A stretch of 64,000 nt of DNA from Chloroflexota bacterium (GCA_016838895.1 JAEKNU010000018.1:2207-66206), one strand, 5' to 3'. Counted from the first letter of the stretch, positions 25,155 through 35,546 are shown. Program-made: numbers and translations. Notes: generated by a model from the letters alone, not told the origin.

Positions 25155-26615
25155 CTATGCTACATTAGAAGCTACTTCCTGACCAAAACCCATTAAGGCT
25201 TCTACCATTTCCGGGGAACGGCCTTCCGCATAAACTCGTAATACCGGTTCAGTACCCGATGGTCGAATGAGCAGCCAGGAATCATCGGAGAGGATGTATT
25301 TGATGCCATCTATATCGATGATTTCAGTAACGGACTCGCCACCGATAGATGCAGGTGCATTGTTTTTTAGTTTGCGCACCATAGCATCTTTGGCAACAGG
25401 GTGCTTCAGGCGCATATCTTTGCGTTTGTAAACTGCCGGGCCAACCTCATTTAGCAATTGTTCTACTAATTCATATAGAGGTGTGCGGTAATAGGAAATG
25501 ATTTCGGTAAGCAGTAATCCGATCAGCACACCATCACCTTCAGGAATATGGCCTTTGAATGAAATACCACCAGATTCTTCGCCGCCGATGAGAATATCTT
25601 CGTTGAGCATGTAATCAGAGATATGGTTAAAACCCACGGGCGTTTCATACAGTTTCAATCCGTATTTCAATGCCAAACGATCCAGCATGCGGGAAGTAGA
25701 AATGGTGCGTACAACTGCGCCGCTTAATCCGCGCACTTCTACCAGATACTTAAGCGCCAATGCCATAATTTTGTGCGGATCGACGAAGTTTCCGCGCCCA
25801 TCCATGGCACCGATACGGTCGGCATCCCCATCGGTAGCCAGACCAAAATCACCTTTGCCCATACTGATGGTTGTGGCCAGTGCATCCAGATAATGTCCAA
25901 TCGGTTCAGGGTGGATGCCGCCAAATCCGGGGTTCAGATCACCGCGAATTTCTTCCACTTCGCAACCCGTGCCCTGTAAAATGCCACGGATTACACCACG
26001 ACCGGATCCATACATGGAATCAATCACGATGCGAGGTTTGGCGTCAGCGATTACATCCATATCAATCAAATTGCGTAAATGGTCATGATAGGCAGGTATG
26101 GGGTTAAAGGTGGTAATTTGCCCATTATTTTTTGCGATCTGAAAATCCATCAGGTTTGGACCGCGCCCTTGCAGCTCATTATCATTCAGGTATACTTCCA
26201 CGCGATCACACTGTTCTGGTGAGGCGGCGTTACCGCAGGTGGATTTTAATTTAACACCGTTATAACGCGGTGCATTATGTGAGGCAGTGATCATGACACC
26301 AGCTTTGGCGCCCATATTGCGTACCGCAAAGGAGATGGCCGGGGTAGGCGCATCGGCCTGGCTAAGCATGACTGAAAAATCATTACCGGCCAATACTCTG
26401 GCGACTTCCCGGGCATATCGGTCGGATAGAAAACGAGTATCAAAACCAACGACCATCTTATGATCATCAGCAACGACATCTTTTGCGCCCCCATTGTTCC
26501 AGCTGGGCGAAATGACAGCGTCTGCGATGGCCTGGGTGACCAGGCGGAGATTGTAGAAAGTGAACGTATCAGAGATGACGGCTCTCCAACCATCAGTACC
26601 GAAATTTATAGGCAT
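25155..26615 (-). CDS. phosphoglucomutase/phosphomannomutase family protein
   Basis: 486 aa with the active-site loop TASHNAPRYNGVKL, the metal loop ATDGDADR and GGEESGG. Confidence 0.85.
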   Translation of the reverse strand: MPINFGTDGWRAVISDTFTFYNLRLVTQAIADAVISPSWNNGGAKDVVADDHKMVVGFDTRFLSDRYAREVARVLAGNDFSVMLSQADAPTPAISFAVRNMGAKAGVMITASHNAPRYNGVKLKSTCGNAASPEQCDRVEVYLNDNELQGRGPNLMDFQIAKNNGQITTFNPIPAYHDHLRNLIDMDVIADAKPRIVIDSMYGSGRGVIRGILQGTGCEVEEIRGDLNPGFGGIHPEPIGHYLDALATTISMGKGDFGLATDGDADRIGAMDGRGNFVDPHKIMALALKYLVEVRGLSGAVVRTISTSRMLDRLALKYGLKLYETPVGFNHISDYMLNEDILIGGEESGGISFKGHIPEGDGVLIGLLLTEIISYYRTPLYELVEQLLNEVGPAVYKRKDMRLKHPVAKDAMVRKLKNNAPASIGGESVTEIIDIDGIKYILSDDSWLLIRPSGTEPVLRVYAEGRSPEMVEALMGFGQEVASNVA

Positions 26616-26669
26616 GTGTTGTTAGCTCCTATCGAAAATTTGGTGGAATTTGTTGAAAACTATTAATAA

Positions 26670-27851
26670 CTATGGCTTGGGGGTGGCAGTGATGAGCAGT
26701 GCTCTCACCATCCAACCCTCTTGGCCATCCAAAGTGCGAACATGTACCCAGGTGGTTCCTTGATTATCGACAACATCGGGTAAGATTTCAACCAACATAC
26801 CATTCAATAAGCTTGATATCAGTGTACCGCGTAAATTAGGCTCTTCTCGGACGAATGCGCCATCTGCACTACCGGCATTGACTTTTGCCCAAACTTGCGT
26901 AGGTGCCAACGTTGGGGTTAAGCTGGGTGTTTTTGAGGGCACCAATGTATTGGTAGGTGTAATTGTACTTGTCGGCGGTATGGGGGTATGGGATGGGGTG
27001 TATGTCATGGTTGGACTGGGGGTGTTGCTAGGTGTTGGTGAAGGAAGTGCGACATGTGTGGTCCAGGCAGTTCCAACAGAGATAAGTGCAATAAAGGCTG
27101 CTACACTGATTAAGGCAATGGTCGAACTTACTGTGTAGCCGAAAATATTACGCGGTCGCAATCCTAAAAAGCTGATTGTAATGGTAGCGATTAATACTGC
27201 CCAGGAAAGATGTACCAAATAGACGATAATGCCATCCGGCCAAAGACCAGGCTGGCCGCTGGATAAACCAAATCCGGCTAAACCAGCCGGGAGAATTATT
27301 TCATACGCCATACCAACACTGGCGACGCGTGGATACGCATTTTTGGCCTTTACTAAAAAAGTGGCTGCCAGTATCGTGCTGATGGAAAGGAGTAAAAAAT
27401 TTGGGAAAGAGAAATGAGTAAAGTATTGGCTGTGTATATTACTGGTAAACATATCGGTGGGCATAACCCAACCAGCCAGTAACCCTACCAAAAAGATAAG
27501 TACACTCCCGATGAAAAAGCTCCCCATAGATTGAAAGAAATAAGATACCGATCCGGCAACGGTTGCCAGACTGAGGCCCAAAATGGGAGTAAGGAAGGGA
27601 GCAAGAATTGCTGCCAGGACAAAAATTGCAGGGGAGTCCATCCAGGTGGCGCCCATCAAGGTCACCCCAGCCAAAATCATATTCATGAAGAAATCGGAAG
27701 AGGGCATTAATCGCCGGGCGATTTCTTCCATGAATTGGGCCTGGTCGCTTGAATCGCTGGGGATGATTCTGCGCTTCATGCGTCTGCGTCGAGCAGGTGG
27801 CAATTCATTTGGATCGAGAGGTTCGAGTGGTTCGCTGGTTGGTAGACTCAT
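26670..27851 (-). CDS. DUF389-like polytopic membrane protein with Pro/Thr linker and C-terminal SH3b domain
   Basis: I prefer ATG 27851 (MSLPTSEP...), which forms an ATGA overlap with the upstream stop. The membrane core is followed by PSPTPSNTPSPTMTYTPSHTPIPPTSTITPTNT and WAKVNAGSADGAFVREEPNLRGTLISSLLNGMLVEIL...WVHVRTLDGQEGWMV. Confidence 0.6.
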   Translation of the reverse strand: MSLPTSEPLEPLDPNELPPARRRRMKRRIIPSDSSDQAQFMEEIARRLMPSSDFFMNMILAGVTLMGATWMDSPAIFVLAAILAPFLTPILGLSLATVAGSVSYFFQSMGSFFIGSVLIFLVGLLAGWVMPTDMFTSNIHSQYFTHFSFPNFLLLSISTILAATFLVKAKNAYPRVASVGMAYEIILPAGLAGFGLSSGQPGLWPDGIIVYLVHLSWAVLIATITISFLGLRPRNIFGYTVSSTIALISVAAFIALISVGTAWTTHVALPSPTPSNTPSPTMTYTPSHTPIPPTSTITPTNTLVPSKTPSLTPTLAPTQVWAKVNAGSADGAFVREEPNLRGTLISSLLNGMLVEILPDVVDNQGTTWVHVRTLDGQEGWMVRALLITATPKP

Positions 27852-28318
27852 ATTCTTAAACTCGCTACTAGCCGCTGTGGATTTTCTAAACAATCAAAAG
27901 CTGCATAGATGTTTGGCAACAATAAATCGGCTGCCATTAGGGTTTCTTTGGCAATGCCTTCTTTAGATAATATGCCAATACCGATGGCAGCTATGTGCAG
28001 CATACCTGCGTCATTGGCACCTTGTCCGATAGCGACTACAGTATCCGGATTTAAATTTTCTACAAATCTGGTTTTCTGCTGCACTTCATCTCCGGGGGTT
28101 AAGAGATCAGCCGGAAATCCAAGGGCTTTATCTATTGTATCTTGTTTTCCGTGTGTATTGGCAGTGATTAAGTGTACTTTCACTTGCTTTCTCAAGGTTT
28201 GTATTCTATCCGGGATATCGTCCAGCAACCTGCCATCCAGAGCCAGGGTTCCATTTACGTCAAAGACGACATGTTCAATCTGAACCTTTCCTTTTCCGAG
28301 AATGTGCAGGGAAATCAT
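27848..28318 (-). CDS. HAD-superfamily protein resembling a free-standing P-type ATPase P-domain (COG4087-like)
   Basis: 156 aa. FDVNGTLA matches the DxxGTL motif, and AIGQGANDAGML...MAADLLL parallels the P-type ATPase GDGxND...AADxxL motif. Confidence 0.65.
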   Translation of the reverse strand: MISLHILGKGKVQIEHVVFDVNGTLALDGRLLDDIPDRIQTLRKQVKVHLITANTHGKQDTIDKALGFPADLLTPGDEVQQKTRFVENLNPDTVVAIGQGANDAGMLHIAAIGIGILSKEGIAKETLMAADLLLPNIYAAFDCLENPQRLVASLRI

Positions 28319-28373
28319 TCATTTATTATAATACACTCCCAATAATTCGTTGTAGTAGAGTAAAATTAGCTTT

Positions 28374-29405
28374 ATGATGAGAATTCAACATCGTTCCCTC
28401 TTACTCTTTATATCATTGGTTTCTCTGATGCTGTTATCAGCCTGTCAGGGTGGACAAACACAGCCAACTGCTACACCAACCACCGAAGTAACAATAGTAC
28501 CTACACAACCTCCAGAAACGCCAACAGCCACTCCGCAACCGGAGCGGGTTGTATGGGTCAGTAGTGTACAAAATGAAGAGACACAACACCTGGCGAGTAC
28601 AACGCAATTACTCGCGGAAGGCATGGGTGTTCCTTTTGAATCAATGCTTTCGCTGGATAGTAATCAGATTAGTGATGCCATGAAGGTTGTGGTCGTGCAT
28701 TCACCGAATTATGATTTTAGCGCGGCTGCTGCCAGTCATCCGAACACACAATTTGTAGTGATTACAAATCAAGCACTGCAGCCATCTGAAAATCTGACAG
28801 TGATTCGTTCAAACCCTGAACATATCTATTTTGCTGCCGGATATTTGTCAATGATTCTCTCTGATGATTGGCGTGGTGTTGGCATGATTGCCTCAGATAC
28901 TGTTTTGGGTGATGCAGCAGGAATGGCTTATTACAATGGGGGTGGATATTTTTGCGGACGTTGTTCACCTATCGTGCCGCCTTATTTGCAGTTTCCATTG
29001 GTAATCAACTTACCAGCGAATTCACCCGCCGCACTTTGGAATAGCAGTTTTGAGGGGATTGCAGAAAACCGGCTGAATATTGTTTTTATCGATGGCAGCA
29101 TCACTGATGCGGGCATTTATACCATGATGGCCGACCATGGATTGATGATGCTTGGTTCTGGCAATCCGCCAGATGCAGTACGGGATCGTTGGGCAGCAAC
29201 CATTTCAAGTGATCTGAGCGGTACTTTATCAGCGATTTGGCCGGATATTCAAGCAGGAAATAGCGTAGGGGAAATCTATGCCCAGCTTGAATTGAGTAAT
29301 GTAAATTCGAATCTGGCAGGAGATGGCGTTGTACAATTCTTTAATGCGATGGCAGAGGAATTGGAAATGGGGTTAATCGCTACTGAGTATCAATCTCCGA
29401 ATTAG
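28374..29405 (+). CDS. lipoprotein, periplasmic-binding-protein fold (BMP/Med-like)
   Basis: 343 aa with lipobox LLSAC, then a Pro/Thr linker. YFAAGYLSMILSD..GVGMIASD and NIVFIDGS..AGIYTMMADHGLMMLG resemble BMP-family blocks. Confidence 0.45.
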   Translation: MMRIQHRSLLLFISLVSLMLLSACQGGQTQPTATPTTEVTIVPTQPPETPTATPQPERVVWVSSVQNEETQHLASTTQLLAEGMGVPFESMLSLDSNQISDAMKVVVVHSPNYDFSAAAASHPNTQFVVITNQALQPSENLTVIRSNPEHIYFAAGYLSMILSDDWRGVGMIASDTVLGDAAGMAYYNGGGYFCGRCSPIVPPYLQFPLVINLPANSPAALWNSSFEGIAENRLNIVFIDGSITDAGIYTMMADHGLMMLGSGNPPDAVRDRWAATISSDLSGTLSAIWPDIQAGNSVGEIYAQLELSNVNSNLAGDGVVQFFNAMAEELEMGLIATEYQSPN

Positions 29406-30036
29406 CATCCGATGCTGAACCAGTAAAGTATTCAGTGGTGGCCTGTCCGCTTTGAGTGATGCCTTCACGGCGAATCACTTTGAAAAATGTAAGCCAGAGT
29501 ATTTTTATATCCAACCCAATTGACCAGTGATCCACATACCAGACATCCAGTTCAAACTTTTTTTCCCAACTGATGGCATTGCGGCCATTAATCTGTGCCC
29601 AACCGGTCATACCGGGTAATACATCGTGTCTGCGTGCCTGCTCCGGGGAGTAGAGGGGTAAATATTCAATCAACAATGGACGAGGGCCAACCAGACTCAT
29701 TTGACCCATCAAGACATTAAATAATTCCGGCAGCTCATCCAGGCTGCTGGCCCGTAAAAATTTTCCCAACCAGGATAAACGCTGTACATCCGGCAGTGGG
29801 TTACCATCCGCATCGATGGCGTTGCGCATACTGCGGAATTTGTAGAGGGTAAATATTTTTCCCTGAAAACCAGGCCTTTGTTGGCGAAAGAAAATCGGTC
29901 TACCCATGAAAATTGCCACAATGATGATCAAAATCAATAAAATGGGCGAGAGGATGATTAATAAGGGGATGGTTAACAGAAGATCAAACAGGCGTTTGCT
30001 CCAGGGGATATGAATTTCTAGCGATGATTGAGTCAT
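29380..30036 (-). CDS. undecaprenyl-phosphate sugar phosphotransferase (bacterial sugar transferase family)
   Basis: 218 aa with one N-terminal TM helix and the motifs DELPELFNVLMGQMSLVGPRP and PGMTGWAQINGRN. Confidence 0.85.
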   Translation of the reverse strand: MTQSSLEIHIPWSKRLFDLLLTIPLLIILSPILLILIIIVAIFMGRPIFFRQQRPGFQGKIFTLYKFRSMRNAIDADGNPLPDVQRLSWLGKFLRASSLDELPELFNVLMGQMSLVGPRPLLIEYLPLYSPEQARRHDVLPGMTGWAQINGRNAISWEKKFELDVWYVDHWSIGLDIKILWLTFFKVIRREGITQSGQATTEYFTGSASDANSEIDTQ

Positions 30037-30045
30037 AGCTGCATT

Positions 30046-30075
30046 TTACCAAAAAGTTGGGTTCACTGTTATAAT
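30046..30075 (+). promoter_or_regulatory. candidate promoter TTACCA-N18-(TGt)TATAAT for trpS
   Basis: A perfect -10 at 30070-30075 carries an upstream TG extension. The -35 is weak. Confidence 0.35.
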
Positions 30076-30128
30076 TTGGGCACTACAATAATTGTAGAAA
30101 ATCACTACATCATTACGGGAAGGCTGCA

Positions 30129-31121
30129 ATGAGTCCGAAAAAAGGTCGTGTTTTTTCTGGTGCCCGTCCAACCGGTCGCCAACATTTAGGTAATTATCTG
30201 GGAGCTATCAAGAATTACGTAGCATTACAGACAGATTACGATTGTGTATACTGCATCGTGGATATTCATGCGTTGACAACAATGGATGCAACCATTGGAT
30301 TAAAACAAAACACATTCGAAATGGCTTTTGATTGGTTGGCAGCCGGTATTGATCCCGAAAAATCAATTGTGTTTGTGCAATCACATGTGCCGCAGGTGAT
30401 GGAATTGCATACCATTCTTTCCATGGTGACGCCTTACGGCAAACTGATTGAGTTACCTACTTTTAAGGATAAAATCAAACAGCAACCCAAGAATATTAAC
30501 TACGGACTGGTAGGTTATCCTGTTTTGCAGGCTGCTGATATTACCTTGTATAAATCTGATTTGGTGCCAGTGGGTGTGGATCAGGCACCTCATATTGAAT
30601 TTACGCGTGAGGTGGTACGTTCTTTTAATTTCCGTTACAAAACAGACGTATTGGTTGAACCCGCCATGAAGGTCACCGAAATTCCCAAGGTATTGGGCAC
30701 GGATGGCGTGCAAAAAATGAGCAAAAGCCTGGATAACCATATTGAGTTGGCTTCAACCGCAGAAGAAACACAAAAACGGGTGATGACCATGGTGACAGAT
30801 CCGCAGCGTATGCGTCGCAATGATCCGGGCAACCCGGATGTGTGTAATGTTTTCTCCTTGCACAAAATATTTACTTCTGCTGAAGATGTAAAATCAATCA
30901 ATGCAGAATGCCGTAATGCCGGTATTGGCTGTGTGGATTGCAAGAAGAAACTGGCTGCTAACCTGAACATGTATTTTACGCCATTCCGTGAACGACGAGC
31001 TGAATTAGTCAAAGACCCAGATCATGTCGAAGAAATATTACGTGATGGTGCCAAACGAGCATGTGTAATCGCCGATCAGACCATCCATGAAGTACACGAA
31101 GCGATTGGTATGCTGGAATAG
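30129..31121 (+). CDS. trpS: tryptophan--tRNA ligase
   Basis: 330 aa. SGARPTGRQHLGNYLGA is the HIGH region, KMSKS is present, and the length is typical of class Ic enzymes. Confidence 0.9.
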   Translation: MSPKKGRVFSGARPTGRQHLGNYLGAIKNYVALQTDYDCVYCIVDIHALTTMDATIGLKQNTFEMAFDWLAAGIDPEKSIVFVQSHVPQVMELHTILSMVTPYGKLIELPTFKDKIKQQPKNINYGLVGYPVLQAADITLYKSDLVPVGVDQAPHIEFTREVVRSFNFRYKTDVLVEPAMKVTEIPKVLGTDGVQKMSKSLDNHIELASTAEETQKRVMTMVTDPQRMRRNDPGNPDVCNVFSLHKIFTSAEDVKSINAECRNAGIGCVDCKKKLAANLNMYFTPFRERRAELVKDPDHVEEILRDGAKRACVIADQTIHEVHEAIGMLE

Positions 31122-31136
31122 GAATTCGTCAAATAT

Positions 31137-31178
31137 AAAAAAAAGCTGGCAGTTATTTATCTGCCAGCTTTTATGTTT
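31137..31178. terminator. bidirectional terminator
   Basis: 9-bp stem agctggcag / ctgccagct with an 8-nt loop. An A-run precedes it and a T-rich run follows, and it sits between convergent genes. Confidence 0.7.
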
Positions 31179-31193
31179 AATAATTTTAAGCGA

Positions 31194-31679
31194 TCAGGGC
31201 ATTTTAAAATCCTGCCAGGAATATTGTTCTTTTTCCAGTACATCTGCCAAAAACTTCCAGGTGCCATCCATGCTGACAATATTGATAAACCAGCATTGCG
31301 CAAATGCTATGGGGTCATCTGAGAAAAGCTGAGTAATCAAATATTCGCGCATCTTACCACTCAGATTTGTGAGCAGTTCTTCTTTTTTTGCTTTGGCTGA
31401 ATAATCGATATCATTTGCGGTACTATCCAGGCGGTCCCGCCAGGCTTCAGTATAGGATTGATGCTGATCATCATTCATACTTGCAGCCAGGATCCATCCA
31501 TAGCTCATTAATGCAATCAGTTTTTCCTTTTCTTGGGTGTATGTTTTTTTTGCTTCCGGGTCATCAATGTGTAATATCATGGCTTCCGCATGCGGAAGAA
31601 CCTGTTGGGTTAGCTGCGAGAAGAAATGTTGAGCCCTGGACAAATGATTTTGAGTTTGATCTTTTTCCATTTCCATCAT
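31194..31679 (-). CDS. hypothetical protein
   Basis: 161-aa ORF with no recognisable motif. It fills the gap between the terminator and the AKR gene. Confidence 0.45.
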   Translation of the reverse strand: MMEMEKDQTQNHLSRAQHFFSQLTQQVLPHAEAMILHIDDPEAKKTYTQEKEKLIALMSYGWILAASMNDDQHQSYTEAWRDRLDSTANDIDYSAKAKKEELLTNLSGKMREYLITQLFSDDPIAFAQCWFINIVSMDGTWKFLADVLEKEQYSWQDFKMP

Positions 31680-31724
31680 TTCATGATCTCCTTAAATACA
31701 ATACCATTAAATCAGGAATATTTA

Positions 31725-32663
31725 TTAATTTTCCAGTAAACCATTTATTTCATCGATCTCTTGCGAGGTGAGCTGCCAATCCGCGGCTTTTATGTTCATT
31801 TTCAATTGGTCCCCATTGGTTACACCGGTAATTACGGAAATGACTCCTGGTTGGGATGCCAGCCAGGCAATGGCAAGCTCATTCAGTTTGAAATCTCGTT
31901 TCGTGGCCCAGGTTTCCAGTTTTTCAATGATCGAGTAATATTCATCGGTGAAGTATCCCTGTACATATGTGCTGTCCTCACCACGAGAGCCACTGGGTGA
32001 CTTCTTACCGCGTTTGTATTTCCCGGTCAGGAATCCGCCAGCCAATGGGAAGAATGGAATGAAACCGACCTCATGACTGTTGCAGTAAGGTAGAATTTCT
32101 TTTTCTACGCTGCGTTCGAGCATATGGTAATGAGATTGTAGTACACTGAAACTGCTCCAGTTATTAAACTCTGCCAGTAAATTGGCTTCGGCTAATTGCC
32201 AGGCAGCAAACTCGGATGCACCGAGATAACGGACTTTTCCCATGCGGATCAAGTCATCCAGCGCGCGCATGGTTTCAGCAATGGGTGTGTTTTCATCCCA
32301 ACGGTGAATATAGTACAGGTCAATCGTCTCGTGCTGTAACCGTTTCAGGCTGGTTTCCACGGCATTGCTGATATGATAACGTGAAGCTCCCTGATCATTG
32401 GGACCATCGCCAGTTGGGAAGAAGAATTTTGTAGCCAGAAAAAATTTATCCCAGCGGCCTTTCAGGGCGTTGCCCAGGGCTGTTTCCGAGGCGCCACCCT
32501 GATAGACATTGGCGGTATCCAGGTGATTGACACCATGATCCATGGCCATGTCAATGATGGTATTAACGGTATTCTGGGGCATCTTTTCTGAACCAAAACG
32601 GTTTGTGCCCAAACCGATCACAGATACTTTTACCCCTGTTTTACCAAGATTACGATATTCCAT
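31725..32663 (-). CDS. aldo/keto reductase
   Basis: ATG 32663 is preceded by GGAGGAAATTA. The product MEYRNLGKTGVKVSVIGLGTNRFG...DTANVYQGG...YYIHRWD matches the AKR family. Confidence 0.85.
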   Translation of the reverse strand: MEYRNLGKTGVKVSVIGLGTNRFGSEKMPQNTVNTIIDMAMDHGVNHLDTANVYQGGASETALGNALKGRWDKFFLATKFFFPTGDGPNDQGASRYHISNAVETSLKRLQHETIDLYYIHRWDENTPIAETMRALDDLIRMGKVRYLGASEFAAWQLAEANLLAEFNNWSSFSVLQSHYHMLERSVEKEILPYCNSHEVGFIPFFPLAGGFLTGKYKRGKKSPSGSRGEDSTYVQGYFTDEYYSIIEKLETWATKRDFKLNELAIAWLASQPGVISVITGVTNGDQLKMNIKAADWQLTSQEIDEINGLLEN

Positions 32664-32740
32664 TAATTTCCTCCTATATAACCAGTAAGTGATGCTTCTT
32701 TTCAATTGTTAATTATTTTCATTTTACCTGATTTTAATCA

Positions 32741-32776
32741 GAAAACCGAACCGCATACTACGGTTCGGTTCTTTTC
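32741..32776 (-). terminator. rho-independent terminator after the DUF952 gene
   Basis: 10-bp stem aaccgaaccg / cggttcggtt with a 7-nt loop and U-rich tails on both strands. Confidence 0.6.
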
Positions 32777-32810
32777 ATATATATCTCTAATTTTAATCAG
32801 ATGATAAAAA

Positions 32811-33158
32811 CTACTCTTTTTCTATCCTTGCGGGCAAAGAAAAAATACCATTCTGATCAGGTGTTAATTCATATACATTGGTGACGGAATCCAGGTTGAG
32901 CAGTCCGTACAAATGGGGAAACAATTCTTCTCCACCATGCGTATTTTCAAACTTTACTTGAGCAACAGCTTTATCTGTATCAACTTGTAGAAGTTGCATA
33001 TCCGTTCGGCCATGATAATAACGATGCGCAGTATCAATAACCTGTTCTTTTTTGGAGAAATGAATGAACCCTTCCGAAGCAAGTGATTCAGGTTGGTAGC
33101 TGCCTTGTTCGACAGCATCTCGCCAGTCATTTTGGGGAATGATGTGATAAATCAGCAT
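32811..33158 (-). CDS. DUF952 domain-containing protein
   Basis: 115 aa. MLIYHIIPQNDWRDA...SLASEGFIHFS...FPHLYG is the characteristic DUF952 pattern. Confidence 0.75.
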   Translation of the reverse strand: MLIYHIIPQNDWRDAVEQGSYQPESLASEGFIHFSKKEQVIDTAHRYYHGRTDMQLLQVDTDKAVAQVKFENTHGGEELFPHLYGLLNLDSVTNVYELTPDQNGIFSLPARIEKE

Positions 33159-33166
33159 ACAAACTC

Positions 33167-34114
33167 CTATTGATTAATGGATATGGACCGGATCATATCA
33201 TCCAATAATGTCAGCGTCGGTGCAAAGCTGTCATCGGATTGACTGTATAACAAGATATTCATGTTTTCTATATAGACATCATAGGTCTCCCCTAAATGGG
33301 TTAAATCGCCAGGCCAGGTTTCTCCACTGGCGGGCAGTTCAGGATTACTTATGGGTAATATGGCGGATATATAGTATTGACCGTCATTGGTAATACCCTG
33401 GAAAGTGTAAAAGAGATCCTCATTATTGATGGGCCAGTAGCTTTGTCCATATTGGGTTAGAAAACGGATGCCTTCGCCATTGGCGAATTGTATATATGCT
33501 TTCTGTGTACTAAACATCTGGCCAGCATTCCATTGCGGTAAGAAGGGAATATTATTCGGGGTTTCAGGTTTTTGTGAAAGCAATGTCTGAAGTTCATTGA
33601 TCCTGTCCTGCGTGAATGGATTAATGCTGGTGTAAGCCTGAATTGGGTAAATATGAATCACAGGCTCATGGAATGTGGGGGTTAATTGATAACCCTGGAA
33701 CTCAAATAAAATATGTTCCGGCGAGTTAAAATTCTCGCTCATCTCACTTATTTCTTGCGGTTCAATAATGCTGTTTACGCCGCTGGCCAATGAAGGTGCA
33801 TAACAAAATGACACATCTTCAAAATTTACAAGAATACCGCTATCACATAGTGGATTAATAGGTGTGGTTTCTGGTTCAGGAGCAACGGTAATATTGCCCG
33901 TTGCTTCCGCAGAAGGTACCGGATCACCCTGCTGCATGGCAGCCAGCGTTTGTTCAACGGATAATGCTACCTGTGTTTGTTGCAGTGCTTCCTGCGTTGC
34001 CGCAAGGTCTTGATTGTTTCCCGGGATTTGACCCTCGATAGCACAAGCCATGGTCATTAATAAAATAAGTGCTAATATGCTATATCCAATAAGGTGAGAT
34101 GTTTGTCTTTTCAT
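33167..34114 (-). CDS. hypothetical secreted protein or lipoprotein
   Basis: 315 aa with a signal-like N-terminus LILLMTMACAIEG. No further motif was recognised. Confidence 0.5.
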   Translation of the reverse strand: MKRQTSHLIGYSILALILLMTMACAIEGQIPGNNQDLAATQEALQQTQVALSVEQTLAAMQQGDPVPSAEATGNITVAPEPETTPINPLCDSGILVNFEDVSFCYAPSLASGVNSIIEPQEISEMSENFNSPEHILFEFQGYQLTPTFHEPVIHIYPIQAYTSINPFTQDRINELQTLLSQKPETPNNIPFLPQWNAGQMFSTQKAYIQFANGEGIRFLTQYGQSYWPINNEDLFYTFQGITNDGQYYISAILPISNPELPASGETWPGDLTHLGETYDVYIENMNILLYSQSDDSFAPTLTLLDDMIRSISINQ

Positions 34115-34200
34115 GTGACTTGTTCTCCCATATAGTCATGCAAAAAAGTTTATTCTGGTTTAATTATACTAGTTAGCCGAGAAAAATCAGATTAAGTAGA

Positions 34201-35421
34201 TTATTTACTTTTAGGAAGGAAGAAAACCAGCGGCAGGCTGATTAACATACTAATTGCGCCAACACCGATGGCCGCTTGTAACCCCAGATTATCTCCGATT
34301 TTTCCCACAATAAAGACACCGATGGAAGAAGTGATGAAATTCAATGCCATGAATAAACCATTGGCAAGGGAGCGATTTTCTTTGAAATTTTCCTGCACCA
34401 TGGCCATAATTGGTGGGGTAATGCAAAGCATACTGAAGCCAAGCAAAGCAAGCCACAACATACTGAAATAACCACTTGAGCGCAAAAACAAAAATGTGAA
34501 AAGCGGGGCGAACAGTATCGAAAATGTGATGATGGATTTCCTGCCCCATTTATCTGAAACTGAGCCGCCTAATAACGCACCGATAATTCCGGCCCCCTCC
34601 AACACTGATAAAGCAGCTCCGCTGAAAAAGAGCCCTTCGCCTCTTTCAATTAAAAAGGTAGGCAAAAACATTGTGGTGCCGGAAAACAGTAGGCTGCGCA
34701 GGAGAAGCAAAATCATCATTGGCAGCATGAAGGCACCCATTTTCTTTAGAACAGCTTTTACTTCAGTACTGGCACCTGATTTTGGTTTGATTTCAACCGG
34801 AATATCTTTCAGCACAAAGTACAACATTAAAGAAGTGATTAATCCCAGGATCATAACCCAGGGAGTATGCTTAAGTGTGAGGTACTCAATCGCTAAGACA
34901 ATCATCAAGGGACCCAGCACACGGCCGAATTCTCCACCAACCATCCAGAAACTCATCCCACGGCCCAAATTGGTGCCGGACAATCTCCCGGTGATGACAG
35001 GAGCAACAGCATGAATGGACGCAGAACTGACCCCGGTCAGGAATACCAAAAGTGCCACAACAATTACATTGGGGGCTACGCCAACCATGCTCATTAAGGC
35101 TGCGGTTATGGCTGGTGCTAAAATAACAATGATGCGTAAATTGTAGTGGTCGGCTAGATAACCAATCAATGGCTGAAATAAAGAGGGGATGCGCATGAAA
35201 ATGGTTAATAAACCGGCTGTGGTTTTGGTGATGGAGAGGTTCTCGATTATGATGGGTAATAGCGGCGGTAGAAACCCTGTGTAAGTATCATGTGTGGCAT
35301 GCGCGGCTGAGATTGCAAGCACATTGCGGAAGTGAAATTTTTTTTGGTTAATGGGTTCAGCGTTGGGTTGTGTGTTGTTTGCCATAAAGCTTCCTTGTTT
35401 TGCTATAGATAACCTACCCAT
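34201..35421 (-). CDS. MFS transporter
   Basis: About 400 aa with ~12 hydrophobic helices and a GxLxDRxGRK-like loop (SDKWGRKS). The start could be the internal ATG at 35385. Confidence 0.8.
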   Translation of the reverse strand: MGRLSIAKQGSFMANNTQPNAEPINQKKFHFRNVLAISAAHATHDTYTGFLPPLLPIIIENLSITKTTAGLLTIFMRIPSLFQPLIGYLADHYNLRIIVILAPAITAALMSMVGVAPNVIVVALLVFLTGVSSASIHAVAPVITGRLSGTNLGRGMSFWMVGGEFGRVLGPLMIVLAIEYLTLKHTPWVMILGLITSLMLYFVLKDIPVEIKPKSGASTEVKAVLKKMGAFMLPMMILLLLRSLLFSGTTMFLPTFLIERGEGLFFSGAALSVLEGAGIIGALLGGSVSDKWGRKSIITFSILFAPLFTFLFLRSSGYFSMLWLALLGFSMLCITPPIMAMVQENFKENRSLANGLFMALNFITSSIGVFIVGKIGDNLGLQAAIGVGAISMLISLPLVFFLPKSK

Positions 35422-35546
35422 TATAGTCGATTCTTAATATTCCCTCAAAAATTAGCGGTTTAATTAACTATCTCTCAGCGCTCTAAATCCTTTATAATGT
35501 TAAATATCATGCGTATAGGACACTAACGCAGGTTGATTGCTGTTGC

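Noticed and set aside
27852-27893. Upstream start (27893) for the DUF389 gene, giving a 46-nt overlap with the HAD gene.
   Set aside because: ATG 27851 forms a classic ATGA stop/start overlap and removes the long overlap. The extra 14 aa have no signal or TM character.
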